A stretch of DNA of 51,626 nucleotides from Candidatus Epulonipiscium fishelsonii (GTDB lineage: Bacteria > Bacillota > Clostridia > Lachnospirales > Cellulosilyticaceae). Position 1 is the first letter of the stretch, and the number at the start of each line of letters is the position of its first letter. Below the pieces are notes generated by a model, which was not told the origin of the DNA, ran no database searches, and saw nothing but the letters and a program-made list of their open reading frames with translations. The position numbers and the translations under genes were made by a program. The stretch covers positions 1-51,626 of the forward strand of contig LJHD01000038.1 of the NCBI GenBank assembly GCA_001983475.1, written 5' to 3'. Positions 1 through 9,234 of this stretch are shown one piece after another.

Positions 1-1
1 T

Positions 2-703
2 TGTGAATTTGTAACGTTTATGCCTGAAGCTCATTTGATTGAAGCAGTAAATACTTTAGCAGAAGGAACTACACTAGAAATTGGTTGTCAAGGAGTATAT
101 CGAGCAGATACTTCTGTTGGAGGAAATTTTGGAGCATTCACAACAAATAGAACTGCAAATGTTGCAAAAGAAATTGGTTGTCAAGGAGTTATAATTGGGC
201 ATTGTGAAGAACGAAATGATAAAATGGGACTTTTAGCAGAAGCTGGAGTTGTTGGAAAAGAAGCTACAAAAGTGGTAAATCGCATTTTAAATCAAGAAAT
301 TAAAGTTGCTCAAAAAGCAGGACTTAAAGTGTTGTACTGTATTGGTGAAAAAAGCGAAGAACTTGAAACTTGGGATAGTGTTCTTGGAGAACAATTAGAA
401 ATTGGTCTTGATGGAGTTGATAAAAACACCATTGTGATTGCATATGAACCAATATGGAGCATTGGCCCTGGAAAAACTCCTGCTGGTAAAGATTATATAA
501 CTAAGGTTGCTAAATTTGTAAAAGAAAAAACTGGTGGTATAGACGTTGTTTATGGTGGTGGCTTAAAATCTGACAACGCTAAAATGTTAGCAAGTATTGA
601 TGAAATTGATGGTGGGCTTATTGCTTTAACAAGATTTAGTGGTGAAATTGGATTTTACCCTGAAGAATATCTTGAAATCATCGATTTATATTTAAATGTA
701 TGA
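2..703 (+). CDS. Triosephosphate isomerase-family protein; 5' end lies outside the window
   Basis: The frame is open from base 2. GHCEER, IAYEPIWSIGPGKTP and YGGGLKSDN match the TIM signatures GHSERR, AYEPVWAIGTG and YGGSV. The variant residues (SIGPG) and its position in a sugar cluster suggest a paralog rather than glycolytic tpiA. Confidence 0.7.
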   Translation, partial: CEFVTFMPEAHLIEAVNTLAEGTTLEIGCQGVYRADTSVGGNFGAFTTNRTANVAKEIGCQGVIIGHCEERNDKMGLLAEAGVVGKEATKVVNRILNQEIKVAQKAGLKVLYCIGEKSEELETWDSVLGEQLEIGLDGVDKNTIVIAYEPIWSIGPGKTPAGKDYITKVAKFVKEKTGGIDVVYGGGLKSDNAKMLASIDEIDGGLIALTRFSGEIGFYPEEYLEIIDLYLNV

Positions 704-747
704 GTAAACGATGTCTATACAATGATTTAACTAAAGGTGGATAAAAC

Positions 748-1776
748 ATGACTCTTAAAGAAATAGCGAATAAAGTTGGAGTATCTATAACAACTGTGTC
801 TAGAGTCATTAACAAAAATGATACAAAATGTGCTTCTAAAGAAGTTAGAGATAGGATTTGGGATGTTGTTAGTGCCTCTGAGTATACTCCAAATAAGGAA
901 GCCCAGGCATTAAGACAAACTGCCTCGGGTACAAAGATAAAAGAATTTGTTAAAAATAAAAATATTGCATGTTTTTTTGCTCGTACCCCAGATGTTAATA
1001 GTGATCCATTTTTTAACTATATTTATCGTTCAATAGAAAAAGAGGCATTTAAACTTGGATATTTTATTAAATGTTCATTATCTTTTAATCAGTTAAATAA
1101 TTCTCCTACTAAAGAATTACTTTTAAACAGCGGTTTAGATGGGCTAATTATTTTAGGTAAGTGTGATAACAAACATTTAAAGTATTTATGTAATAATTTT
1201 AAAAATATTATTTATATAAGTCTAGCGGAAGCCGAGGCTCCTATTGACCAAATTATTTGTGATGGTTATAAAATTGCAAGAACCGCTGTAAATTATTTAA
1301 ATTTTCTTGGACACACTAAAATTGGCTATATTGGAGAGCAAAATGACGAAATTCGTTATAAAGGATTTTGTGATGAGTTAAGTAGCTTAAATCTTGACAT
1401 AAATCCTTTTTTTTGCATAAATTCAAATCTTAGTGCAGAATGTGGATATAAAGCTATGCAAGATTTAATTAAAATTAATATTTTGCCAACAGCTATAGTT
1501 TGTTGTAACGACCTTACTGCAATTGGAGCTATAAAAGCTAGTAAAGATGCATCCATCAAAGTGCCCCAAGATATATCTATTATGGGGATTGATGATATAG
1601 AAATAGCATCTTATATTGAACCTTCTTTAACTACTATAAGTGTTCCCAAGGATGAAATGGGTAAAATAGCAGCAAAACTTTTATTTGATAAAATCAATAA
1701 CGAATATAATTTACCCATTAAAATAGAATTTCCTTATAAGCTTCAAATTAGACAAAGTTGTAAAAATTTAAATTAA
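748..1776 (+). CDS. LacI/GalR-family transcriptional regulator
   Basis: N-terminal helix-turn-helix (MTLKEIANKVGVSITTVSRVINK) followed by a periplasmic-binding-protein-like sugar-binding fold. RBS AAAGGTGGA upstream. Confidence 0.85.
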   Translation: MTLKEIANKVGVSITTVSRVINKNDTKCASKEVRDRIWDVVSASEYTPNKEAQALRQTASGTKIKEFVKNKNIACFFARTPDVNSDPFFNYIYRSIEKEAFKLGYFIKCSLSFNQLNNSPTKELLLNSGLDGLIILGKCDNKHLKYLCNNFKNIIYISLAEAEAPIDQIICDGYKIARTAVNYLNFLGHTKIGYIGEQNDEIRYKGFCDELSSLNLDINPFFCINSNLSAECGYKAMQDLIKINILPTAIVCCNDLTAIGAIKASKDASIKVPQDISIMGIDDIEIASYIEPSLTTISVPKDEMGKIAAKLLFDKINNEYNLPIKIEFPYKLQIRQSCKNLN

Positions 1777-1909
1777 ACATATGTTGCACTGTTAAGTTAA
1801 AACAAAAAATTAATTTGAGATTATAGAAATAAAATTTTACGAGAAGTCTCCGATAAAGTATCTTTGATAAATTAACTTAACAAGACCTATGTATAACAGG
1901 AGGAAAATA

Positions 1910-3400
1910 ATGAAACTTAATTTTGAATATGGAACTGGAACAATGACAGCAGAATTACCTGATACAACTGATGTATTTATTCCTGGCGAAACAGTAAAAG
2001 ACCCTGATTGCCTGGAACAATCTTATGATAACTTATATAAAGCTACATTGGAAAGTGTAAGAAATCCTATAGGAATGCCTCCGCTTACAGAATTGGCAAA
2101 TCCAGATAGTACTGTTGTTTTTGTTGTCCCAGATATTGTAAAAGGTGGAAATCAAGAAACTAGCCATAGAAGAATGACAATACGTGTTTGTCTTGATGAA
2201 TTATATTCAAAAGGTGTAAAAAAAGAAAATATTATGATTCTTATTTCTAATGGACTACATTCACGTGCTACTATTCCAGAGATGAGAACTATTTTAGGAG
2301 ATATATTTGAAGAATTTTATGTAGATGATAGAATTACTTCTCATGATAGTGAAGATTATGACCACTTAGTATATTTGGGGCTTGCTCCAAATAGCGACCC
2401 TGTGTATATAAATAAGTATGTTTATGATGCAGATATCGCTATTATGGTTGGCCATACTCAAGGAAATCCTTATGGCGGATACTCTGGTGGATACAAACAT
2501 TCAGCCACAGGTATTACTCATTGGAGAAGCATTGCAACACACCATGTGCCAAAAGTTATGCACAAAGATGAGTTTGTTCCTGTCTCTACCAACAATACTA
2601 TGAGAAGTAAATTTGATACTCAAAGTATGTTTATGGAAGAAAAAATGGGTAAAAAATTCTTCTGTGTTGATGCTGTCCTTGACACAAAAGCAAGACAAAT
2701 TGCAATATTTAGCGGATGGGCAAAAGAAATGCAACCAAAATCTTGGGAAGTTGCTGATAAAAGAACTTATGTTCATTGGGCTGAGAAAAAGTATGATGTA
2801 GTTGTATTTGGTATGCCTACAGGATTCCACTATGGAGACGGTATGGGGACTAATCCAATTCAATTTATGCAAGCTCTTTCTGCTCAAGTTATCAGACATA
2901 AACGTGTTTTAAGTGATAATTGTGTTTTTATTGTTTCTTCTATATGTGATGGTTGGTTCCATGATGAAGTTTGGCCATATGCACAAGAAATATATGAAAT
3001 TTTTCAAAATGACTCAAACAATATTTTACCTGATGTAAATAGATATGGTGAATATTTTGCAACTAACGCAGAATATATAAGAAAATATCGTTTTGCAAAT
3101 GCTTTCCATCCATTCCATGCATTTAGCATGATGAGCTGTGGACATTTGGCCGAAAAACACACTTCAGCTATATATATGGTTGGTGCTAAAAAACCAGGAA
3201 TTGCACGAGGGATGGGATTGAAAACTAGAGCTACTTTTGAAGAAGCCTTAGAAGATGCTAAGCAAAAATATGTTGGTGATAATCCAAATATATTAGCATT
3301 GCCACTAACATTTAAAACAGCGTCTGTTCATTTATGTATGAAAGATCCTTCACAAAATAGCCACTCCAGAGATAACGCAAGAGGCGGATGTTGTGGTTGA
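1910..3400 (+). CDS. LarA-like (DUF2088) nickel-pincer-dependent racemase/epimerase family protein
   Basis: ILISNGLHSRATIPEM matches LarA ILVATGFHRPSTHEEL. GHTQGNPYGGYSGGYKHSATG matches LarA ...HFFAGFSGGRKSVLPG. Start moved to the ATG at 1910, behind AGGAGG. Confidence 0.65.
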   Translation: MKLNFEYGTGTMTAELPDTTDVFIPGETVKDPDCLEQSYDNLYKATLESVRNPIGMPPLTELANPDSTVVFVVPDIVKGGNQETSHRRMTIRVCLDELYSKGVKKENIMILISNGLHSRATIPEMRTILGDIFEEFYVDDRITSHDSEDYDHLVYLGLAPNSDPVYINKYVYDADIAIMVGHTQGNPYGGYSGGYKHSATGITHWRSIATHHVPKVMHKDEFVPVSTNNTMRSKFDTQSMFMEEKMGKKFFCVDAVLDTKARQIAIFSGWAKEMQPKSWEVADKRTYVHWAEKKYDVVVFGMPTGFHYGDGMGTNPIQFMQALSAQVIRHKRVLSDNCVFIVSSICDGWFHDEVWPYAQEIYEIFQNDSNNILPDVNRYGEYFATNAEYIRKYRFANAFHPFHAFSMMSCGHLAEKHTSAIYMVGAKKPGIARGMGLKTRATFEEALEDAKQKYVGDNPNILALPLTFKTASVHLCMKDPSQNSHSRDNARGGCCG

Positions 3401-3431
3401 TTTTAAATCTGTTATAATTAAAAGTTGAAAA

Positions 3432-3455
3432 AGGGGCACAATGTGCTCCTTTTTG
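3432..3455 (+). terminator. Rho-independent terminator after the LarA-like gene
   Basis: Stem AGGGGCAC / GTGCTCCT (one G-U pair), 3-nt loop, then a T-run. Confidence 0.6.
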
Positions 3456-3507
3456 TTATTCATCAAATAATATTAGGAATATTCCTGAACTATTGAATGT
3501 ATATTAA

Positions 3508-3860
3508 GCGTACTTATAACATCCGTTTGCTAGCCCCATAGGAGCTTTCCACCATATAAAGAATATCGTACATATGATTAGATCTTTTAATACCTACCTT
3601 ATGAACAATTTGACACTCCCCATAACTAAAGCTAGGGGCTTTACGGCGTGTTTGGTAAAGTTGTAACAGAAAATCTAGACTTAGCATTACTACAAAATAG
3701 CAAAACCTTTAAAAGTTGGTAAACTATTGAAATGCCAGCACTAAGACCTGATGGAGGCCTATTACCTTTGATAAAAAAAGATGGCAGTCCTCTATTTTCA
3801 AATTGGTCTGAAGCTTGGATTGCCAAAGAATTTTATAAATGTGGATAAAATAGAAGATTT
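3508..3860 (-). mobile_element. Decayed IS200/IS605-type (TnpB 3' end / omega-RNA-like) remnant with repeat modules G and A
   Basis: No intact ORF. Carries a family-A copy at 3611-3660 (TGACACTCCCCATAACTAAAGCTAGGGGCTTTACGGCG) and a divergent G-type module at 3508-3560. The minus-strand reading ...RRKAPSFSYGE resembles TnpB C-terminal/omega-RNA overlap regions as I recall them. Confidence 0.3.
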
Positions 3861-4087
3861 TTTAAACGACCAATGTAAATACACATGAATATCTTACAAG
3901 TACATATAGTTTATGATATGGTGGGCATAATAGTGCATTTTATATGCAAAGTATGGAAGATTCATTTAAAATGCATAGTAAAAATTTTGATAAGTTTATA
4001 TTAGATAAAAATTAATTTTCTAAGAGATATTTCTAAATTATAAATTGGAGGGGCGAATACTTTTCGTCCCCTATATTAAGCTTTCAT

Positions 4088-4759
4088 TTATAACACTCTA
4101 ACAATATGTTTGTTTTTCACTGTTATATGTCTTAAATCAGTAGTTATAAATTCTGTTGTTTCTTCATCAATCTTATTAAGGTATAGAGCAATATATGTTG
4201 ATTCAAAATTGTTTGCTTTTAAACTAATATTATAAAGCAGATTTTCTTTCATTCTTATTTTTTTAGGATCTAAGTTAGATATATTTTCAGTATTAAAAGG
4301 ATTGTTTGTTAACTCCCCATTCATAGATTCATCCATATAGCTTTTTAATTCGTTTTTAATTTCAGTCGCATCTTCTTCTGTAATAACATCTAATATAATT
4401 GTAACCTCTATAAAAACTATTCCATACTTATAACCTTTAAATGAGCTTTCTTCTGAGCTTTTTTTAACAAAACAAGATATTATATTACTTTTAGGGATTT
4501 CAATTATACTCATTGGGTCAGGATAATATTCATTGCTTGAACCTTCGATAAAATAGAATTTTTTATCAATTTCAACTATTTTTGCAGCATTACCTTCAAA
4601 CAAAATTTTCCCTATACAATTGGTTAAAATTATCTTATATTCACAAAAAAAACCACCCCAATAATCTTTTTCTGGTATTATTAAAAACGTCTCACTTCTA
4701 TACTCGTTTTCTATTAAATCTTTTAACTTTTCCGTAACTGGCAATTTTTTAAAACTCAT
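4088..4759 (-). CDS. Hypothetical protein (223 aa)
   Basis: Long ORF with a GGAGAGAG RBS. No motif recognised. Confidence 0.55.
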   Translation of the reverse strand: MSFKKLPVTEKLKDLIENEYRSETFLIIPEKDYWGGFFCEYKIILTNCIGKILFEGNAAKIVEIDKKFYFIEGSSNEYYPDPMSIIEIPKSNIISCFVKKSSEESSFKGYKYGIVFIEVTIILDVITEEDATEIKNELKSYMDESMNGELTNNPFNTENISNLDPKKIRMKENLLYNISLKANNFESTYIALYLNKIDEETTEFITTDLRHITVKNKHIVRVL

Positions 4760-5020
4760 ATTTAACTCTCTCCTCTTTTCTTTATTAATATGTATTTACC
4801 AGAAATATTCAATAAATCTGATATGGCTTACTAATAATTATATGTCTAAATGTTAATAGTAAGTACACTTAAATTTATCATAACTTAAATTGAATAATTA
4901 TTTTATACTCATATTTCTGAGACTATAATAACTTTTTCTATTTGATTTGTATAATTCTTCCATATGAATATTATACTTTATACTTACAACCAATACAACT
5001 TTTTATAAAAAAATATCGCC

Positions 5021-5069
5021 TTATATCCACATAGCTAAAGCTAGGGGCTTTACGGCGTTTTTGGTAAAA
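5021..5069 (+). repeat. Family-A interspersed repeat copy
   Basis: TTATATCCACATAGCTAAAGCTAGGGGCTTTACGGCGTTTTTGGTAAAA is near-identical to 3611-3660 and related to 27951-27990 (reverse), 28488-28532, 28862-28904 and 31117-31180. Confidence 0.75.
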
Positions 5070-5137
5070 ATAATATTTTTTATCACAGACCACATTATTT
5101 ATCTGTGGTCTATTTTGATGTGATTATTTTTTTGAAA

Positions 5138-5163
5138 CATAGAGTACTATCCTTTTATATAGT
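5138..5163 (+). repeat. Family-B interspersed repeat copy (AGAGTACTATCCTTTTATATAG)
   Basis: The same roughly 24-nt sequence occurs at 39610-39632 (reverse) and 41934-41959. A degenerate copy is at 41640-41665. Confidence 0.7.
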
Positions 5164-5283
5164 TTATAATAAATTAAAAAAGTACTCTGAAATAGTTGTA
5201 ATTAAATTTGATGTGTTGCGAAGCTCCTGTTGGAGCTCCCAACCTCTTGTTTCATCTTGAGTACATTTATAAACAGCTCATTA

Positions 5284-7097
5284 TTATACTTCCTCAAATT
5301 GACTGTTATACAAGTCTGCATAAAATCCATTTTGCTTTAATAATTCAACATGAGTTCCATTTTCAATTATATTCCCATCTTTCATAACTAAAATTAAATC
5401 TGCATTACGAATTGTAGATAGTCTATGAGCAATTATAAAAGAAGTCTTTCCTTTAGATAAACTGTCCATAGCTTTTTGTATTAAAATTTCTGTTCTAGTG
5501 TCCACTGAGCTTGTTGCCTCATCCAAAATAAGTAACTCTGCATTTTTCACCATAGCTCTAGCAATTGTAAGAAGTTGCTTTTCTCCCACAGACATAGTAG
5601 CTTGACTTAAAATAGTATCATATCCATTCGGAAGTGTTTTAATCATATGGTGTATTCCAACAGATTTACAAGCATTTACAATTTGTTCATCAGTAATATC
5701 AACTTTATTATAAGCTATATTTTGCTTTATAGTTCCCTCAAAAAGCCATGTATCTTGTAATACCATAGCAAATATATTATGAAGCTGTTCTCTTGTAATC
5801 TTAGAAATTGGAATTCCATCAAGAAGGATTTCACCACCATTTAGCTCATAAAAACGCATAAGCAAATTTACTAAAGTTGTTTTTCCTGCTCCTGTTGGTC
5901 CAACAATAGCAACTTTTTGTCCTGCTTTTATCTCTATACTAAAATTTTTAATAATAATTTTATCTTTATTATAACCAAACTCAACATTTTTAAATGTTAC
6001 ATCTCCTTTGATAGTTTTTCATCAGATATTTCTGGTGAAAGTTCTTCCTCTTCTAAAATAGCAAACACTCGTTCACTTGCTGCCACTGCAGATTGTAAAG
6101 TTGTTGCAGCTTGTGCTAAAGTTGATAGTGGTTGTGTAAACAGACGAATATATACCATAAATGCAACAATTGTCCCAAACTCAGTTTTGCCTTCAATTAC
6201 CAAAAATGCTCCTATTATACAAACTACAACATAAGATAAATTTCCTACAAATCCCATAACAGGCATCATAAGTCTTGAAATATATTGAGCTTTCCAAGAA
6301 TTTAAAAATAACTTATTATTCATTTCTTCAAATGTTTTTATTTCTTGAATTTCTGCATTATAAGCCTTTATTACAGTGTGTCCTGTAAATGTCTCTTCAA
6401 TATGGCCATTTAAGACTCCTAATTGAGCTTGTTGCTGCCTGAAAAATTTTTGAGAATTTTTTATTATTATTCCCATCAACATAAATCCTGCCCATGTTGC
6501 TACAAATCCTCCTATAGCCATAGTCCAGTTGGTCCAAAGCATAAGTACTAATGAACCTATAAAAGTCAATAGACCACTTAAAACTGAAGATAGACTTTGA
6601 TTTAAACTAGTTCCAATTGTATCAACATCATTTGTTACTCGGCTTAGTATATCACCATATGTTTTAGTGTCAAAATATGAAAGTGGTAACTTATTTAGTT
6701 TAAGTACAATATCTTTCCTTAATCTCTTAGATATTCTTTGAGAAATTGTTGTCATAATAAATGCTTGGGCATACCCAAATACTAAACTTAATACATATAT
6801 GGTAAGTAAAAATTTTGATATTTGTACTATTTCTTGTGTATCAATGGTACTATTCATTCCATGTGTAATCAGATTTGTCATCTCACTTAATTTATTTGGG
6901 CCAATGAGAGAAAATATTACTGCTATACTTGACAATATTAAAGCTATAATTACTGCAGGAATGTATTTTCTTGAATATATAACCAGTTTATTTAAACCTT
7001 TTTTAAAATCTTTTGGCTTTTCCCCTATAGCAATTCTTCCTGGTCCGCCACCCATATTTTGTGGTGGTTTTTGTTTAGCTTCATTTAACTTGCTCAT
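5284..7097 (-). pseudogene. ABC exporter half-transporter (fused TMD-NBD), interrupted by a 1-nt frameshift in a homopolymer
   Basis: The TMD ORF (7097 down to 5997) ends ...SDEKLSKEM*. The next frame reads KTIKGDVTFKNVEFGYNKDKIIIKNFSIEIKAGQKVAIVGPTGAGKTT (Walker A) and continues into ORF 5284-5865 (LSVGEKQ signature, Walker B ILDEATS). The switch must occur in the A5 run (plus-strand T5 at 6015-6019). Start at 7097 behind AAAGGAGG. Confidence 0.8.
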
Positions 7098-7309
7098 AAA
7101 TGCCTCCTTTTTATGTAACAAATTATGATATAAAAATTTTTCATAATTATCATAAATCATGCAACTGAATTTTATAAGGGAGTAATTTATACCCCCTATA
7201 TAAACTTTTTATTACTTCTGTGACATGTCTAACTCTTCTTCAGGTTTATAATTTCTTTTAAAGCATTCATTTATTGCTCCAATGATTGAGGAAATAACAC
7301 CTAAAGCTT

Positions 7310-9055
7310 TTACGCAGATAATTCATCTTTAGACAATTGTGATTCAGCTATTTCACGATATATATCACAATTATTTAGTAAATCTATATGAGTACCATTA
7401 GCAACAATTTTTCCTTTATCTAAAACTATAATTTGGTCAGCATTTTTAACAGTACTAATTCTTTGTGCAACAATAAGTTTTGTAGCATCATTTGTTTTTT
7501 CTTCCAATGCTTTTCGTAACATCTGATCAGTCTTATAATCTAAGGCTGAAAATGAATCATCAAAAATATATATTTCTGGGTTTCGATATATTGCTCTAGC
7601 AATGCTCAATCGTTGTTTTTGTCCACCAGACAAATTAGCTCCTCCTTGAGAAACTGCTCCTTCAAGTCCAATATGTTCAATAAATTCTTTTGCTTGTGCA
7701 GTTTCAATTGCATTATCTATATGGTGACTTTGTGGATCATTTTGAGCCCCATATGTAACATTTGAAGTTATGGTTCCACTAAATAAAGTTGCTTTTTGTG
7801 TAACTAAACCAATCTTTGCTCTTAAATCTGCCTGTTTATAGTTTTTTACATCAATTCCATCAACTAAAATTTGACCACTTTGAACATCATAAAATCTAGG
7901 AATAAGATTTATTATTGAAGTTTTTCCACTTCCCGTTGCTCCAATAAAGGCTACAGTTTGCCCTTGATCTACTTTAAACGAAATATCTTTTAACACTGGC
8001 TCTTCTCCGTTATTATAAGAAAAACTTACATTTTTAAATTCTACAGTCCCATTTTGAGTTGGTATTTCACTTCCTTCTCCATCAATAATTTTATTTTTCT
8101 TATTTAAAACTTCTAAAATTCGCTTAGCTGCAACCGATGAACGTGGCAATATTGTAAGTGTCATAGTTAATATCATGAATGCCATTATTATATGCATAGC
8201 GTATGAAGTAAATACAACCATTTCCGAAAATATTAGCATCTTCTCTTCTCCAGCAACTCCATTTATAAGGAAAGCACCAATCCAATATATAGCTAGTGTT
8301 AATGTTGTCATTAAAAACATCATATATGGTTGAATGAAAGCTGTTACTCTATTTACAAACAAAGTAGCAGAAGTCACATCATTATTTGCTTCATCAAACT
8401 TATCTTGTTGATACCCTTCAGCATTATATGCTCGAACAACACGGACTCCATTTAAGTGTTCTCTTGTAACTAAATTTAATTTATCAGTAAGTTCTTGAAT
8501 TTTTTGAGATTTTGGTAATGCTAAAACTAAAACAATTACAATTGCTATAAATAAACATAATACTGCTCCAGCCGTCGCTAAAGTAAAAGACATGTTTTTT
8601 CCTGAAATTTTTATTATTGCCCAAGCAGCTGAAAGTGGCGCTCTAATAAAAGCAATCATTCCAAACATAATAAACATTTGCACTTGATTAATATCATTTG
8701 TTGAACGTGTAATTAAGCTTGCCGTTGAAAACTGATTTATTTCTTCCATAGAAAATCCTAATGTTTTATTATATACTTCGGTTCTTAGGTTTCTTGAGAG
8801 AGTTGCAACAACTTGAGCTACAAAATATTCTGATATAAATGCCATGCTTAAACTTCCTAGTGCACATCCCAACATACCCATTCCTGCTATGGAAATATCT
8901 TTAATTGCAGAATTTGGTGTTTGTAATAACATTGTTATGTTACTCATATAATCTGGCAATTTTAAGTCAAACCATACTTGAACAGATACTATCATAAATA
9001 TTATACCAACAAATCTCTTTTCTCTTGTGTTCAAATATCTTAAAATCTTTAACAT
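7310..9055 (-). CDS. ABC exporter half-transporter (fused TMD-NBD), likely heterodimer partner of the downstream gene
   Basis: Six-TM domain, then Walker A GATGSGKTS, signature LSGGQKQR and Walker B IFDDSFSALD. Start moved to ATG 9055 (MLKILRYL) behind AAGGAGG. Confidence 0.85.
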   Translation of the reverse strand: MLKILRYLNTREKRFVGIIFMIVSVQVWFDLKLPDYMSNITMLLQTPNSAIKDISIAGMGMLGCALGSLSMAFISEYFVAQVVATLSRNLRTEVYNKTLGFSMEEINQFSTASLITRSTNDINQVQMFIMFGMIAFIRAPLSAAWAIIKISGKNMSFTLATAGAVLCLFIAIVIVLVLALPKSQKIQELTDKLNLVTREHLNGVRVVRAYNAEGYQQDKFDEANNDVTSATLFVNRVTAFIQPYMMFLMTTLTLAIYWIGAFLINGVAGEEKMLIFSEMVVFTSYAMHIIMAFMILTMTLTILPRSSVAAKRILEVLNKKNKIIDGEGSEIPTQNGTVEFKNVSFSYNNGEEPVLKDISFKVDQGQTVAFIGATGSGKTSIINLIPRFYDVQSGQILVDGIDVKNYKQADLRAKIGLVTQKATLFSGTITSNVTYGAQNDPQSHHIDNAIETAQAKEFIEHIGLEGAVSQGGANLSGGQKQRLSIARAIYRNPEIYIFDDSFSALDYKTDQMLRKALEEKTNDATKLIVAQRISTVKNADQIIVLDKGKIVANGTHIDLLNNCDIYREIAESQLSKDELSA

Positions 9056-9098
9056 CTTAGCCTCCTTATTATTGGTGTTGTTAAGAAATGTCCTTTGT

Positions 9099-9140
9099 CT
9101 TGCTTTTGGGTTCAGGGTCCCAGACCCCATACCCCATAAA
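9099..9140 (-). repeat. Family-F G/C-rich leader module
   Basis: In sense orientation it reads TATGGGGTATGGGGTCTGGGACCCTGAACCCAAAAGCAAG. Homologous to 31926-31976 (same orientation relative to its gene) and related to 35476-35506. Confidence 0.6.
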
Positions 9141-9234
9141 AATTTATTTCTATAATCGTAAAACAAATTTTTATTTTAACTTAACAGAGCCATTTTTTAG
9201 ATTGTAAAGGAACATATAGTACTCACTTTCAAAT

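Noticed and set aside
3641-3826. 61-aa minus-strand ORF
   Set aside because: It lies inside the decayed TnpB-like remnant and ends within the family-A repeat, so it is not an independent gene.
3840-3848. Perfect DnaA box (TTATCCACA on the minus strand)
   Set aside because: It is a single isolated box, about what chance predicts in roughly 100 kb of two-strand sequence. There is no cluster, no AT-rich unwinding-element context and no dnaA or dnaN nearby.
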